64,000 bases of DNA, from NCBI GenBank assembly GCA_964541675.1, contig CAZIPW010000001.1, forward strand, positions 1,447 through 65,446, read 5' to 3'. Origin of the DNA: an uncultured Verrucomicrobiota bacterium (GTDB lineage: Bacteria; Verrucomicrobiota; Verrucomicrobiia; CAZIPW01). Position 1 is the first letter of the stretch. Every line of letters starts with the position of its first letter. A program made the position numbers and the translations under genes. Shown one piece after another: positions 11,265 to 20,448 of the stretch. The notes below the pieces were generated by a model. It ran no database searches. It was not told where the DNA came from and saw only the letters and a program-made list of their open reading frames with translations.

Positions 11265-11933
11265 CTACCTGCCATTACTGATGGGTGAATGCTCATCAGC
11301 GGGACAGAATCCAGGCATCCAGCGGCCGTTTTTCGCGGTCAGATATTCAAGGGCAAGCTCCGGATTCCTCGGACGATTTGGAAGGAGGCGGTAGACGCAA
11401 CAGTTGGGGACTCCAATGGAAAAGCCGCTGGTGTATTCGAGGTTAAAGTACCTTATGAAGAGTGAGCGAAAAGCCCCGATCGAACTGCAAAACGCCAGTT
11501 TGCCTCCTTTGGCAGAGGCAATTATGGGGAAGGCGTAATTACCAATTCTCTGCATCACACGGCCGTGCGATTCTCCACCCTGGGGCGCGTAATTGCGGTC
11601 GGTTCGCACCTTCACAAAGGCTTCGACGATCCGGGGATCGGCAAATGGCAGTCCTTCATAGTCTCCCCAGCGACACTCTATAATTTCAGGCGCCATGACT
11701 AGACGGCCTCCCACTCCGGTCCAACTGATTGTCTGCCGGGCGCGTTGAAGCGGAGCGCAATAGACCGCCTGGTATACGGAATCTTCTCCAACGCGTGCCA
11801 ATAGGCCTTTGAGCGCCATGCAAGCCTTGATGCCTCGTTGGCTTAAGGGAGTGTCCCTATCACCTCCGCAAATGACATGATCGTCATTATCCCTCGTGGG
11901 CGCATGACGGTATAAATCAACGAAAGTCTCCAT
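11265..11933 (-). CDS. Histidine phosphatase family protein (divergent)
   Basis: LYRHAPT, DTPLS..G, CAPLQRARQT, ECRWGDYEG, GGES. Confidence 0.75.
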   Translation of the reverse strand: METFVDLYRHAPTRDNDDHVICGGDRDTPLSQRGIKACMALKGLLARVGEDSVYQAVYCAPLQRARQTISWTGVGGRLVMAPEIIECRWGDYEGLPFADPRIVEAFVKVRTDRNYAPQGGESHGRVMQRIGNYAFPIIASAKGGKLAFCSSIGAFRSLFIRYFNLEYTSGFSIGVPNCCVYRLLPNRPRNPELALEYLTAKNGRWMPGFCPADEHSPISNGR

Positions 11934-12053
11934 AAAAGTCAGCTCGACTGAAAGAAATGTATTTTACAGCCCAATTATAAAAAGAGTCAATAGTGTAATT
12001 ATGCTCGCTATATTCGTTTGCTGCCATGACCCTCTATAGGTCGGCCAAAACAA

Positions 12054-14501
12054 CTACAGCGTATCCCTTAAAATCTCCCGCGGTTTTGCGCCCTCTCCCT
12101 GTCCCACCACTCCGCGGGCCTCCAGTTCCTCCATGATTCTGGCCGCGCGGTTGTATCCCCAGCCGAGCTTGCGCTGCAGCATACTGGTGGAGGCGCGCTG
12201 GGTACTTTTGAGCACCTCCAGCGCCCTGGAAAGATCCGCTTCGTCCACCTCTCCGGAAAGCCCTACGCTGCCGCCTTCCTCCTCATTGGCCTCGGCCTCC
12301 GCCTGGTCGAGTCTGGCGATGAAGGCATCATCAAAGCGGGGTTCGCCGTTGACCTTGAGAGCGTCGACAATTTTTCCGATCTCCTCGTCGGTGATAAAGG
12401 CGCCCTGGGCGCGCACCATCTGAAAGGCACCCGGAGGGGTAAAGAGCATATCGCCCCGCCCTATCAGCATATCGGCCCCTCCATAGTCGAGGATGGTGCG
12501 GGAGTCGACCTTGCTGGCCACCTTGAAGGCTATGCGGGAGGGTAGGTTCGCCTTGATGAGTCCGGTGATGACGTTTACGGAGGGGCGCTGGGTGGCGATG
12601 ATCAGGTGTATGCCCGCCGCTCTTGCCAGCTGCGAGAGCCTGACGACGGAGTTCTCCACGTCGGCGGGGGCGGCCATCATCAGATCGGCCAGCTCGTCAA
12701 TGACAGCCACAATGTAGGGCAGGTGATCGGGAATTTCGATGGGAGCCTCGGTGGCGCTGCTTTCTGCCACGCTGGCGATGGCGGCGCGTTCCTCAGGGGA
12801 GCTCTCGGCCTTGAGCGCCTGGGCTTCAGCCTCGCGGTCGCGCGCGCGTTTGGCGTTGAAGCCGGCCAGATTGCGGACACCCGTTTTGGCGAAGATCTGG
12901 TAGCGGTGTTCCATCTCGGCGATCAGGTATTTGAGGGCGGCCGGAACCTTCTTGGCGGAGGTGACAACCGGAATGAGCATATGCGGGAGCGTGTTGTAGA
13001 TCTGCATCTCCACGATCTTGGGATCGACCATTACGAAGCGCAGATCGTCGGGCGTAAAGCGGTACACCAGAGAGGCGACGATCGAGTTGATGGAGACGGT
13101 CTTTCCGCTTCCGGTGGCGCCCGCGATCAGCAGATGCGGCATCCGAGTCAGGTCGGCGATGAGGGGCTTGCCGCTGGTTTCCTTGCCCAGCGCGATCGGG
13201 ATCTCCGCGGTGGAGTTGGCCCAGTCGGCGCTTTCAAGTATGTCGCGCAAAAGAACCTGCTCCGGATTCTTGTTGGGAAGCTCCACTCCCACGCAGCCCT
13301 TGCCAGGGACGGGAGCCAGCACGCGCACCGACTGGGATTTGAGGCCCAGCTGGAGGTTTCTTTCCAGATTGACGATCTTCTCCACGCGCACTCCCGCGGC
13401 GGGGGTGACGTCGTAGCGCGTGACGACAGGCCCCGTGTGGATCTCTCCGGGGGTCACCTTGACTCCAAATTCCGAAAGGATGCGCACCAGGGCGGCGGCG
13501 GTCTCCTGATGGCCTTCACTGACCTGCGTCTTGTCGAGCCTGACGGGCAGTCCCAGAATGTCAATCGGCGGCAGTTGGAAGCCGTTGCGGCGGCGGGGCA
13601 GTTGGGCGCGGGCTTTGGCCACGCGGCTGCCGGGCACCACCTTCAAATTGGTGATCTCAACGGTTCCTTCCGTGGCGGAATCCTTCTGAGTGTTTTTTCC
13701 TCTTTTGACTTTGGCCAGAATATCCACCTGGGAGAAATCCTCTTTCTTGTGCTTTTTGCTAAAGAGTTCCTTTACGGTGTCGGTCAGCTTCTTGCGGCTT
13801 TTCCTGGGAGCCTCTTCGGTCTGTGCGGCTCCCTGCGGGACCTCAGCGGTTTCCGGCTCTGCCGGAGAGGATTCCGGAGGGGGCGTCATGATCGACTGGA
13901 AATGCCTGTGGGTCATGGCCCAGAGCTTTTGCAGTTCATCGGTGAAAAGAAGCGTCGTGCCGCCGCCGAAGAGGAGCAGCATGATGATCGTGCTGCCAAA
14001 GCCACCCAGAAATTGCAGCAGGAAGACGTGGTAGAAGAGGACTCCCACCTGTCCGCCCATGCCTCCCGGGAAGAAATCATAGTTGATCGATTTGGCCGGA
14101 AGGATCTTGGTCTCGAAGAGATTGAGCCAGGCGGCCGCGGAGATCAGGCACAGCGCCATCGCCCACAGGCGCGATTTGTCGACGCGAAGCGCCTGGCCGG
14201 AGAACATCAGATAGCTTAGCCACCCCAGATACAGGGGCGCCAGATAGGCGGCCATGCCCAGAAACCACAGCGACCAGAAAGCCAGAATGACACCCAGTCC
14301 TCCCATCGGATTTTCGGGACGCTCGGGGATCTGCAAAGAGTCGGCGTTGCTGACCGGAAGGGTGCTGTGCCACCAGCTCTGTTCGGGGCGGAAACCCACC
14401 AGCGCCACAAATATAAAAAGCGCCCACACTCCCAGCAAAAGACCCAGCCAGGGCCGGTGGGTCTTCTTTTGGGGGGCTTCCAATTTCAAAATTTCATCCA
14501 T
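12054..14501 (-). CDS. ftsK: DNA translocase FtsK
   Basis: N-terminal TM region, GPVVTRY, HLLIAGATGSGKT, DELADLM, ATQRPS, gamma domain STSMLQRKL..GYNRAARI. Confidence 0.97.
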   Translation of the reverse strand: MDEILKLEAPQKKTHRPWLGLLLGVWALFIFVALVGFRPEQSWWHSTLPVSNADSLQIPERPENPMGGLGVILAFWSLWFLGMAAYLAPLYLGWLSYLMFSGQALRVDKSRLWAMALCLISAAAWLNLFETKILPAKSINYDFFPGGMGGQVGVLFYHVFLLQFLGGFGSTIIMLLLFGGGTTLLFTDELQKLWAMTHRHFQSIMTPPPESSPAEPETAEVPQGAAQTEEAPRKSRKKLTDTVKELFSKKHKKEDFSQVDILAKVKRGKNTQKDSATEGTVEITNLKVVPGSRVAKARAQLPRRRNGFQLPPIDILGLPVRLDKTQVSEGHQETAAALVRILSEFGVKVTPGEIHTGPVVTRYDVTPAAGVRVEKIVNLERNLQLGLKSQSVRVLAPVPGKGCVGVELPNKNPEQVLLRDILESADWANSTAEIPIALGKETSGKPLIADLTRMPHLLIAGATGSGKTVSINSIVASLVYRFTPDDLRFVMVDPKIVEMQIYNTLPHMLIPVVTSAKKVPAALKYLIAEMEHRYQIFAKTGVRNLAGFNAKRARDREAEAQALKAESSPEERAAIASVAESSATEAPIEIPDHLPYIVAVIDELADLMMAAPADVENSVVRLSQLARAAGIHLIIATQRPSVNVITGLIKANLPSRIAFKVASKVDSRTILDYGGADMLIGRGDMLFTPPGAFQMVRAQGAFITDEEIGKIVDALKVNGEPRFDDAFIARLDQAEAEANEEEGGSVGLSGEVDEADLSRALEVLKSTQRASTSMLQRKLGWGYNRAARIMEELEARGVVGQGEGAKPREILRDTL

Positions 14502-14517
14502 AAGTAAAAACGCTAGC

Positions 14518-14557
14518 CCCTTTTTAATTTGATTTCAAGCAAAAGAGGGGATATTTT
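14518..14557. promoter_or_regulatory. 40-bp direct repeat, copy 1; overlapping divergent promoters
   Basis: Identical to 15297-15336. Plus strand TTGATT-17-TATTTT. Minus strand TTGAAA-17-TAGCGT (the -10 lies just outside the repeat), 8 nt before the ftsK ATG. Confidence 0.75.
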
Positions 14558-14596
14558 TAACAAATGGAGCCTTGTCTCCCGGTAAGCCTTCTCGTG

Positions 14597-14680
14597 CCCA
14601 CCATTAAAATGGATGGGCTTTGGGTCTTTCAGACGTGGCGTCGTTTTCCTCTCCCGATAAATCGGGCTCGCCGCGACGCT
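14597..14680. repeat. 84-bp inverted repeat (REP cluster), left of transposase
   Basis: 81/84 identical to the reverse complement of 15185-15268; internal hairpins CCCGA-TAAA-TCGGG and CCCACCAT..ATGGATGGG. Confidence 0.92.
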
Positions 14681-15131
14681 ACGCCAAAAGATCCTTTTCG
14701 CCAAACGATACTCCGTGGCTTTTGAGCAGATGTTTAAGTTCTGTCAGATAATCCTGCGTCTTGTGATGTTCCTTCTGTCTTTGAATGTACCCGCGGACTA
14801 CTTCGATTTGAGAGGGACTCACAGAAAAGCTCGCAAAGCCATCCTGCCACGAGAAACCAAGAGAGTCGGGATATTCCTTTTTGAACCAAACAGAAGAAGC
14901 TCCCTTGACGCGTTTGGCAAAAACAGAACCTGTCATCTGCCCAGGACGACGCACCAGAATATGCACGTGATCTTCAATGCCTCCGATCTCAAGGATAGGA
15001 GCTTTAACTCTATCAGCTATGCCTTGTATGTATCTATGGCATTTCTTCTGGCAATCACCGTTGAGCCACGGGTAGCGATTCCTGGTGGAAAATACCACAT
15101 GAAAATACTCACCAAACAAGCTGTGGCTCAT
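14679..15131 (-). mobile_element. tnpA: IS200/IS605-family HUH (Y1) transposase, RAYT-like
   Basis: YFHVVFSTRNR, EDHVH (HUH), KRVKGASS, WQDGFASFSVS, YIQRQKEHH (catalytic Tyr); flanked by REP-like inverted repeats, no TnpB. Confidence 0.9.
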
Positions 15132-15184
15132 AGGGGTTCTATAGGGTCTTTTGGGCTGTCGGGCAATCCAGAAACACGCCCATA

Positions 15185-15268
15185 AGCGTCGCGGCGAGCC
15201 CGATTTATCGGGAGAGGAAAGCGCCGCCACGTCTGAAAGACCCAAAGCCCATCCATTTCAATGGTGGG
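15185..15268. repeat. 84-bp inverted repeat (REP cluster), right of transposase
   Basis: Partner of 14597-14680. Confidence 0.92.
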
Positions 15269-15296
15269 TATGCAGGGAAGGGAAAGAACCCTGATT

Positions 15297-15336
15297 CCCT
15301 TTTTAATTTGATTTCAAGCAAAAGAGGGGATATTTT
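15297..15336 (+). promoter_or_regulatory. 40-bp direct repeat, copy 2; promoter of the HD-domain gene
   Basis: TTGATT-17-TATTTT, 6 nt before ATG 15343. Confidence 0.75.
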
Positions 15337-15342
15337 GTCTGG

Positions 15343-16014
15343 ATGGCGGCTTCCCCAACGACCACGCCGACAAAGAGCGACTTTATTACCTCTCTGATGG
15401 GTTTTTACGCGGTAGCCGAGAAGCTCAAATGCGCCGAGCGCGATCCCCTGCTTTCCAATGGCAAACTTGAAAGCGTGGCCTCGCACTGCTGGATGATGGG
15501 GCTTATGGCGATGCTGCTTATTCCCAAAATGCAGACGCCAGTTAATTTGGAGAAAGTCTTCAAGCTTATCGCTGTGCACGATCTGGCCGAGGCGAAGACC
15601 GGAGATCTGCCGCTCTACAAGGCGACCTTGAACCCTGCTACCAAGACGCAGAAGACTCAGGACGAAGACCGCGTGATGGGGGAGATCCAGCGGATGCTGC
15701 CGGAGGGCATGGAAGACCTGCATCAACTGTGGCGCGAGTACGAGGCAAATGCCACGCCGGAGGCGAAATTCGTGAAGGGACTGGACAAACTGGAGGCCAC
15801 ATTGCAGTCTCTGGTCTATCCTGATATCCGCTACTGGGCTGAGAGGTACGACGAGGTCTATTACAGCATCGTCCTGCAGGGCTGGAAGGACAAATACTAC
15901 GCCCACGAGCCGGTTCTAATGGAGCTCGCGGATGCCCTCAAAGAACTGACGGCTTCCAAGATGCGCGAGGCGGGGCTTGATCCGGAGAAGTATAGGAAGG
16001 CTCAGGCGCACTAA
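15343..16014 (+). CDS. HD-domain hydrolase (HD_3 / 5'-deoxynucleotidase-like)
   Basis: LESVASHCW, AVHDLAEAKTGD, LWREYE, AKFVKGLDKLE. Confidence 0.88.
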   Translation: MAASPTTTPTKSDFITSLMGFYAVAEKLKCAERDPLLSNGKLESVASHCWMMGLMAMLLIPKMQTPVNLEKVFKLIAVHDLAEAKTGDLPLYKATLNPATKTQKTQDEDRVMGEIQRMLPEGMEDLHQLWREYEANATPEAKFVKGLDKLEATLQSLVYPDIRYWAERYDEVYYSIVLQGWKDKYYAHEPVLMELADALKELTASKMREAGLDPEKYRKAQAH

Positions 16015-16042
16015 GAGGCCACTACTTCCTATCGGCGGATCT

Positions 16043-17158
16043 TCACTTGATCTTCACCCGCGCTGCGCCGTGCAGCTCCACCACGCTTGGCTCGGCGATG
16101 ATCCAGTTGTCCTGGGTGACGGTGGTTCTACCCTGCGCGCCCTCAAAGACCGGATGATCGTGGAAATACTGTGCCACTTCGGCGCCTGTGGCCACCCTGT
16201 GGAGTTTCTGATAGAGCGCTTCGTAAGTCCTGATGAGAAGCGCGGCATTGTCATAGAAGTATCCGGCTCCTATATCCGGATGGTAGCCCCATCTTTTGAC
16301 AAAATGCCCTTCAAACTCGTTTCCGGGAGCGTCTCCAGCCACCTCCCAGCTGCCTTCAAATTCCTTCTTCATGGTGGAATCAAACCAGATCTCCATGCCC
16401 GCCAGAGGAATTCCCACTTTGTATTCGCGGTACTGTTTCAGAAAAACGTCCAGCGATGGCGGCCAGCTCAATATCATGACAAGATCCGGTTTCCTGTCCG
16501 TCACCTTGGCAATGAGCGTATGGAAATCTTTTTCCCCCTGATTGAAAAACTCATCAAAGACCAACTCCATGCCATGCTCCGCGATCACCCTCCTGAGTTC
16601 TTTTTCCATCAAGGTTTCACCGCCCCCTTGTTCTCCCACAAAGGCAATCTTTCTGTAACCACGGCTTTTGGCCTCCTTTAGAAAGGTTGCGACAAACTTT
16701 TCTACGGGGGGATAGTGCACAAAGGCCAACTGCGAACGAAACTTCTGTAGATCCCAGCTCATGCCGATATGTATCACTCCTTTGGGCTGGGTCGTCGGGG
16801 TGACAACAAACCAGGCGTCCCACATGCTTAGTAGCGCGTTGACCCTATCCACTGACACCAGTTTTTGCGCCCCCAGCACATCGTACTTGGCTGAGCAGTC
16901 CTGGTCGTCCTCAAAGAGAAACTTGTAATCAAGCTGCGTTTTCCCAGAGTCCTCTTTGGCCATAAGGGCCGCGTCCCGAAAGCTGGTCCCGTAGGCGGCC
17001 AGATCACCGGTCAAGGGTAGAATGGCGCCAATTCTGACGGTTGGGCTGGCGCCGCGGGATGTTTCTGCTGAATGCAAACGGGTCTCCTTCATGTAGATGC
17101 CCGCAAGGATTGCCGCCACCACCAGAAGAACAACCGCCAAAATCAGATTACGCTTCAT
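16043..17158 (-). CDS. Orphan periplasmic binding protein, LivJ/type-1 PBP family
   Basis: N-terminal hydrophobic anchor, IGAILPLTGDLAAYG, FEDD, KLVSVDRV, GEKDFHTLIAK, F.GAQG. Confidence 0.85.
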   Translation of the reverse strand: MKRNLILAVVLLVVAAILAGIYMKETRLHSAETSRGASPTVRIGAILPLTGDLAAYGTSFRDAALMAKEDSGKTQLDYKFLFEDDQDCSAKYDVLGAQKLVSVDRVNALLSMWDAWFVVTPTTQPKGVIHIGMSWDLQKFRSQLAFVHYPPVEKFVATFLKEAKSRGYRKIAFVGEQGGGETLMEKELRRVIAEHGMELVFDEFFNQGEKDFHTLIAKVTDRKPDLVMILSWPPSLDVFLKQYREYKVGIPLAGMEIWFDSTMKKEFEGSWEVAGDAPGNEFEGHFVKRWGYHPDIGAGYFYDNAALLIRTYEALYQKLHRVATGAEVAQYFHDHPVFEGAQGRTTVTQDNWIIAEPSVVELHGAARVKIK

Positions 17159-17222
17159 AAACTCCTGAAGGGGGTTATAACAGGGTGGCTTTAAGTCCTC
17201 AAACAAAAAAACATATTCCAGT

Positions 17223-17269
17223 TTTCCTTCCCTCTATGGCTGGGGATGGGGGAGAAAGGGAAGGAAAAT
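17223..17269. repeat. 12-bp perfect inverted repeat in a divergent intergenic region
   Basis: TTTTCCTTCCCT ... AGGGAAGGAAAA; coordinates approximate. Confidence 0.5.
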
Positions 17270-17317
17270 GTCCCCCAAGCTTGATTTCGGGACGGCCTCT
17301 ATGTAAGATGGTCACCC

Positions 17318-18139
17318 ATGAATCTGACGCGTTCCACAGTCCAACCGACCCTTCAAAGCCAGAAAGGCGGCTGGCTGGGTTTTCTCGTATGGACTGCCGG
17401 GATCCTCGTGCTGCTCGTGCTTGTTCTGACCGTGGCTTGTGTCATCATCATTGATAGCGCCGGAGCCGAGGCATTGAGCGGCTATCTGACGCAAAAGACC
17501 GGATTCGCGGTTTCCTACGAGAGTTGCAAGATGGACGCCCTTGCCGGACGCGTCGAGGCAACAGGGCTTAAAATCGACAACCCAAAGGAGCTGGGAGGCG
17601 GCAACTTCCTGACGGCCGAGCAGCTTGTTTTCCAGATGGATCTTCTCTCGCTGGGAGGACCGCAGCCCCACATCAGGGAGTTGACGCTGCATCTGTCGCA
17701 GATAAGCGACGTGAGGACCCCGAAGGGTGATAACGCGCAGGTTTTCTATCAGAGATTGATGGGCTCGAAGGACGGCGGGAAGAAGATCGGTTCGGCTCCC
17801 GCTCCCACAAGTGGCGATTCGCGTCCCGCGAAGCTCCTTATAGACCACCTCAAACTTCAGGTGGACAGGGTGAACCTTGTCGACGCCACGCTCGGAGAGC
17901 CGCAAACAAGTTCCTATGAGCTGAACTTCAAATTTGAACGCTCAAACGTGACCGACGCGGAAGGCCTCAAAAGAGAGCTGGTAGCCGACTTTATGCGGCA
18001 GGGCTTTTTGAGCGGCGGAAGGAATTTTATCAAGATGACTCGCGGCTTGACGGGAGGCCTTTTGGACACCGGAACAGGATCCGTGGACGGCGCTCTCAAA
18101 GGGGCGCTCAAGGGCATCAAAAGCATTTTGGATGAGTAA
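17318..18139 (+). CDS. AsmA-family membrane-anchored protein
   Basis: N-terminal TM followed by LSGYLTQKTGF.V, GLKIDNP..LGG, the typical AsmA N-domain pattern. Confidence 0.65.
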   Translation: MNLTRSTVQPTLQSQKGGWLGFLVWTAGILVLLVLVLTVACVIIIDSAGAEALSGYLTQKTGFAVSYESCKMDALAGRVEATGLKIDNPKELGGGNFLTAEQLVFQMDLLSLGGPQPHIRELTLHLSQISDVRTPKGDNAQVFYQRLMGSKDGGKKIGSAPAPTSGDSRPAKLLIDHLKLQVDRVNLVDATLGEPQTSSYELNFKFERSNVTDAEGLKRELVADFMRQGFLSGGRNFIKMTRGLTGGLLDTGTGSVDGALKGALKGIKSILDE

Positions 18140-18689
18140 CATGAACGAGAAAAACAAAGAAAAAGAGGAGAAGCCCGTCGGGAAAACCGAAGCGGTGGAG
18201 CAGAAGGCCCCCGCGCGGGCGGATTCCGCCGACGCCTTGAAAGGAGAGCTGGAGGCGCTGAAAACAAACTATATGCGCGCCCTGGCCGATCTGGAGAACC
18301 AGAAGAAACGCCACGCGCGCGAGAAGGAGGAGTTTCTGCGTTACGGCAACTCTTCGCTGGTCTCCGCCATTCTGCCGATTGTCGACAACTTTGAAAGGGC
18401 TCTCAAGGCAGCCGAGGAGCACCATCCGGAGGCCAGGAGCCTTTTGGAGGGACTGGGCATGATCATCCCGCAACTCGATCAGGTGTTGAAGCTGCACGGG
18501 GTGGAGGCCATCACCCCAAAGGTAGGAGAGGGCTTTGACCCCAATCTGCACCAGTCGGTCGGCGAGGCGCCCTCGGCGGAGGTTCCGCATCACGCGGTTC
18601 TTTCCTGCCAGAGAAGCGGCTACCGCATAGCCGATCGTCTCCTGAGGCCGGCGATGGTGATGCTCTCAAGCGGAGCGGAGAAGAAATAA
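18132..18689 (+). CDS. grpE: Nucleotide exchange factor GrpE
   Basis: RALADLENQKKR, LPIVDNFERAL, FDPNLHQSV, GY.IADRLLRPAMV. Confidence 0.96.
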   Translation: MSNMNEKNKEKEEKPVGKTEAVEQKAPARADSADALKGELEALKTNYMRALADLENQKKRHAREKEEFLRYGNSSLVSAILPIVDNFERALKAAEEHHPEARSLLEGLGMIIPQLDQVLKLHGVEAITPKVGEGFDPNLHQSVGEAPSAEVPHHAVLSCQRSGYRIADRLLRPAMVMLSSGAEKK

Positions 18690-18731
18690 GAGGATGGCTC
18701 AATATGTTTTCCAGTTTGGGGCAGATCTTTA

Positions 18732-18752
18732 CCACCGGTTGAAACCGATGGC
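18732..18752. repeat. REP-like hairpin (partner of 10040-10060)
   Basis: CCACCGG-TTGAAA-CCGATGGC. Confidence 0.7.
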
Positions 18753-18773
18753 TAACATGGGAGGACTTTTCCC

Positions 18774-19082
18774 ATGATGAAACTCGTCCTGACCGCCTTC
18801 CAAAAGAGAACCGACGCGTTTGGTTTCGCGAAGAAGCTCCTGAAAGCGAAGCTGGCGGGGTGCTGCACGGCGCTTCCCGGGGCAGTCTCCCTCTACGAGT
18901 GGAAAGGCAGGCAGGTAAAGGCCGCGGAGACGCTTCTTCTTATCAAAACGACGGCGTCAAAACTCAATCGGCTGAAGGCTTTTTTTGAGAACGATCATCC
19001 CTATGAACTCCCCGAATTTCTTTGTTGGGACGCCGATGCCACTAAAGAGTTTGGCATATGGATGGAAAAGAATGTAAAATGA
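18774..19082 (+). CDS. cutA: Divalent-cation tolerance protein CutA
   Basis: KLAGC, SLYEWKG, ETLLLIKT, HPYELPE. Confidence 0.92.
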   Translation: MMKLVLTAFQKRTDAFGFAKKLLKAKLAGCCTALPGAVSLYEWKGRQVKAAETLLLIKTTASKLNRLKAFFENDHPYELPEFLCWDADATKEFGIWMEKNVK

Positions 19083-19131
19083 TTTCAGGATTCCATCCGA
19101 TGTCTGAGCAGCTCCCCGGTTTTAGATACAA

Positions 19132-19189
19132 CAACCCCGAAGCGGGTTGCATAGGTATAGCCCCGGGTTGCGGTGCTCTTTACCCGGGG
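19132..19189. repeat. Double hairpin, REP-like, upstream of dnaJ
   Basis: CAACCC-CGAAGC-GGGTTG followed by CCCCGGGT-N13-ACCCGGGG. Confidence 0.55.
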
Positions 19190-19226
19190 TGGAAGGTGGA
19201 TACGCTATACCAATATATAACATATT

Positions 19227-20354
19227 ATGGCTGAAGACTATTATCATTTGCTTGGAGTCGAAAAAACCGTCAACGCGGAGGAGCTCAAAAAGGCCTACCG
19301 CAAAAAGGCGATCCAGTATCACCCCGACAAGAACCCCGGCAACAAGGAAGCCGAGGAGATGTTCAAAAAGATCTCGCAGGCCTACGAGGTCCTCAGCGAT
19401 CCCGACAAGCGCGCCGCCTATGACCGTTACGGCGAAGCGGCCTTTCAGGGAGCGGCTGGAGCCGCGCGCGGCGGGGCAGGAGCGGGAGGGGCGGGCTACG
19501 GGAATTTCCATGACCCCTACGAGATCTTCCGCGAGGTCTTCGGCGGCATGGGAGGAGGAGGCACCGGTGGCATCTTTGAGGAATTTTTCAGTAGTGGCGG
19601 CTCAGGCCGCGGGGATGGAAGAGCGCGCGGAGCGGATCTGCGCTACGACATGGAGATCACGCTCGAAGAGGCCGCATTGGGAGCCGACAAAGAGATCTCC
19701 TTCCGGAGACTGGCACCCTGCGCGCGCTGTCACGGCAGCGGCGGAGAGCCCGGCAGCAAGGTGGTGAGATGCCCCACCTGTCATGGCCGCGGACAAGTGA
19801 CGGTCTCGCGCGGTTTCTTTCAGATGACCCAGATCTGTCCGCGCTGCTCGGGCTCCGGACAGGTGAACGAGAATCCCTGCCGCGAGTGCAAAGGCGAGGG
19901 ACGCACTCCCCAGCAGACGCGCGTGGCGGTGCATATTCCCGCGGGAGTCGATACCGGCAGCCGTCTGCGCTCCACGGGGCATGGCGAGGCGGGATTGTCC
20001 GGTGGAGAACCAGGGGATCTTTACGTGGTTATCTCCGTGGCGCCCCACAGGACTTTCACCCGCGAAGGCGACGACCTGCTTATCGAGATGCCGATTCCCT
20101 TTGCGGTGGCGGCCCTCGGCGGGGAGGTGGAGGTGCCGACGCTCAAGGCCAACGCTTCTTTGAAGATTCCCGTCGGCACCCAGTCCGGCACCACCTTCCG
20201 CGTGCGCGGGTACGGAGTAAGGAATCTGCGCTCGGGTCAGCCCGGTGACGAGCTGGTAACGGTGCATATAGAAGTGCCGAAGAATCTCTCGTCCAAGCAG
20301 AAGAAGCTGCTGGAGGAGTTTGACTCGGAGAACGAGAAACTAAGAAGGAAGTGA
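19227..20354 (+). CDS. dnaJ: Chaperone DnaJ
   Basis: J-domain HPD, G/F-rich linker, four CxxCxGxG repeats. Confidence 0.98.
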   Translation: MAEDYYHLLGVEKTVNAEELKKAYRKKAIQYHPDKNPGNKEAEEMFKKISQAYEVLSDPDKRAAYDRYGEAAFQGAAGAARGGAGAGGAGYGNFHDPYEIFREVFGGMGGGGTGGIFEEFFSSGGSGRGDGRARGADLRYDMEITLEEAALGADKEISFRRLAPCARCHGSGGEPGSKVVRCPTCHGRGQVTVSRGFFQMTQICPRCSGSGQVNENPCRECKGEGRTPQQTRVAVHIPAGVDTGSRLRSTGHGEAGLSGGEPGDLYVVISVAPHRTFTREGDDLLIEMPIPFAVAALGGEVEVPTLKANASLKIPVGTQSGTTFRVRGYGVRNLRSGQPGDELVTVHIEVPKNLSSKQKKLLEEFDSENEKLRRK

Positions 20355-20448
20355 AAAGGGAGTAGATAATAGCTGTTTATAAAAGCCCCTGTGCTTGTCT
20401 CAATCCGCTTGAACATTCCTCCGGAATATCTATTGTCTTTTAATAGCC

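Noticed and set aside
12606-14219. 537-aa plus-strand ORF (and similar long antisense ORFs at 433-1278, 36151-37740, 45050-46390, 48810-49844)
   Set aside because: Shadow frames antisense to well-supported genes, expected from GC-rich codon bias; no motifs.
14679-15131. IS605 element with TnpB
   Set aside because: No TnpB/RuvC ORF nearby, and the ends are long inverted repeats; RAYT-like fits better.
14561-17095. ETRLH peptide shared by the 14513-14704 ORF and the binding protein at 16043-17158
   Set aside because: The codons differ (ACA AGG CTC vs ACC CGT TTG) and there is no flanking similarity; coincidence.
18690-19226. CIRCE/HrcA operator near grpE or dnaJ
   Set aside because: No TTAGCACTC-N9-GAGTGCTAA match found; the hairpins there are REP-like.
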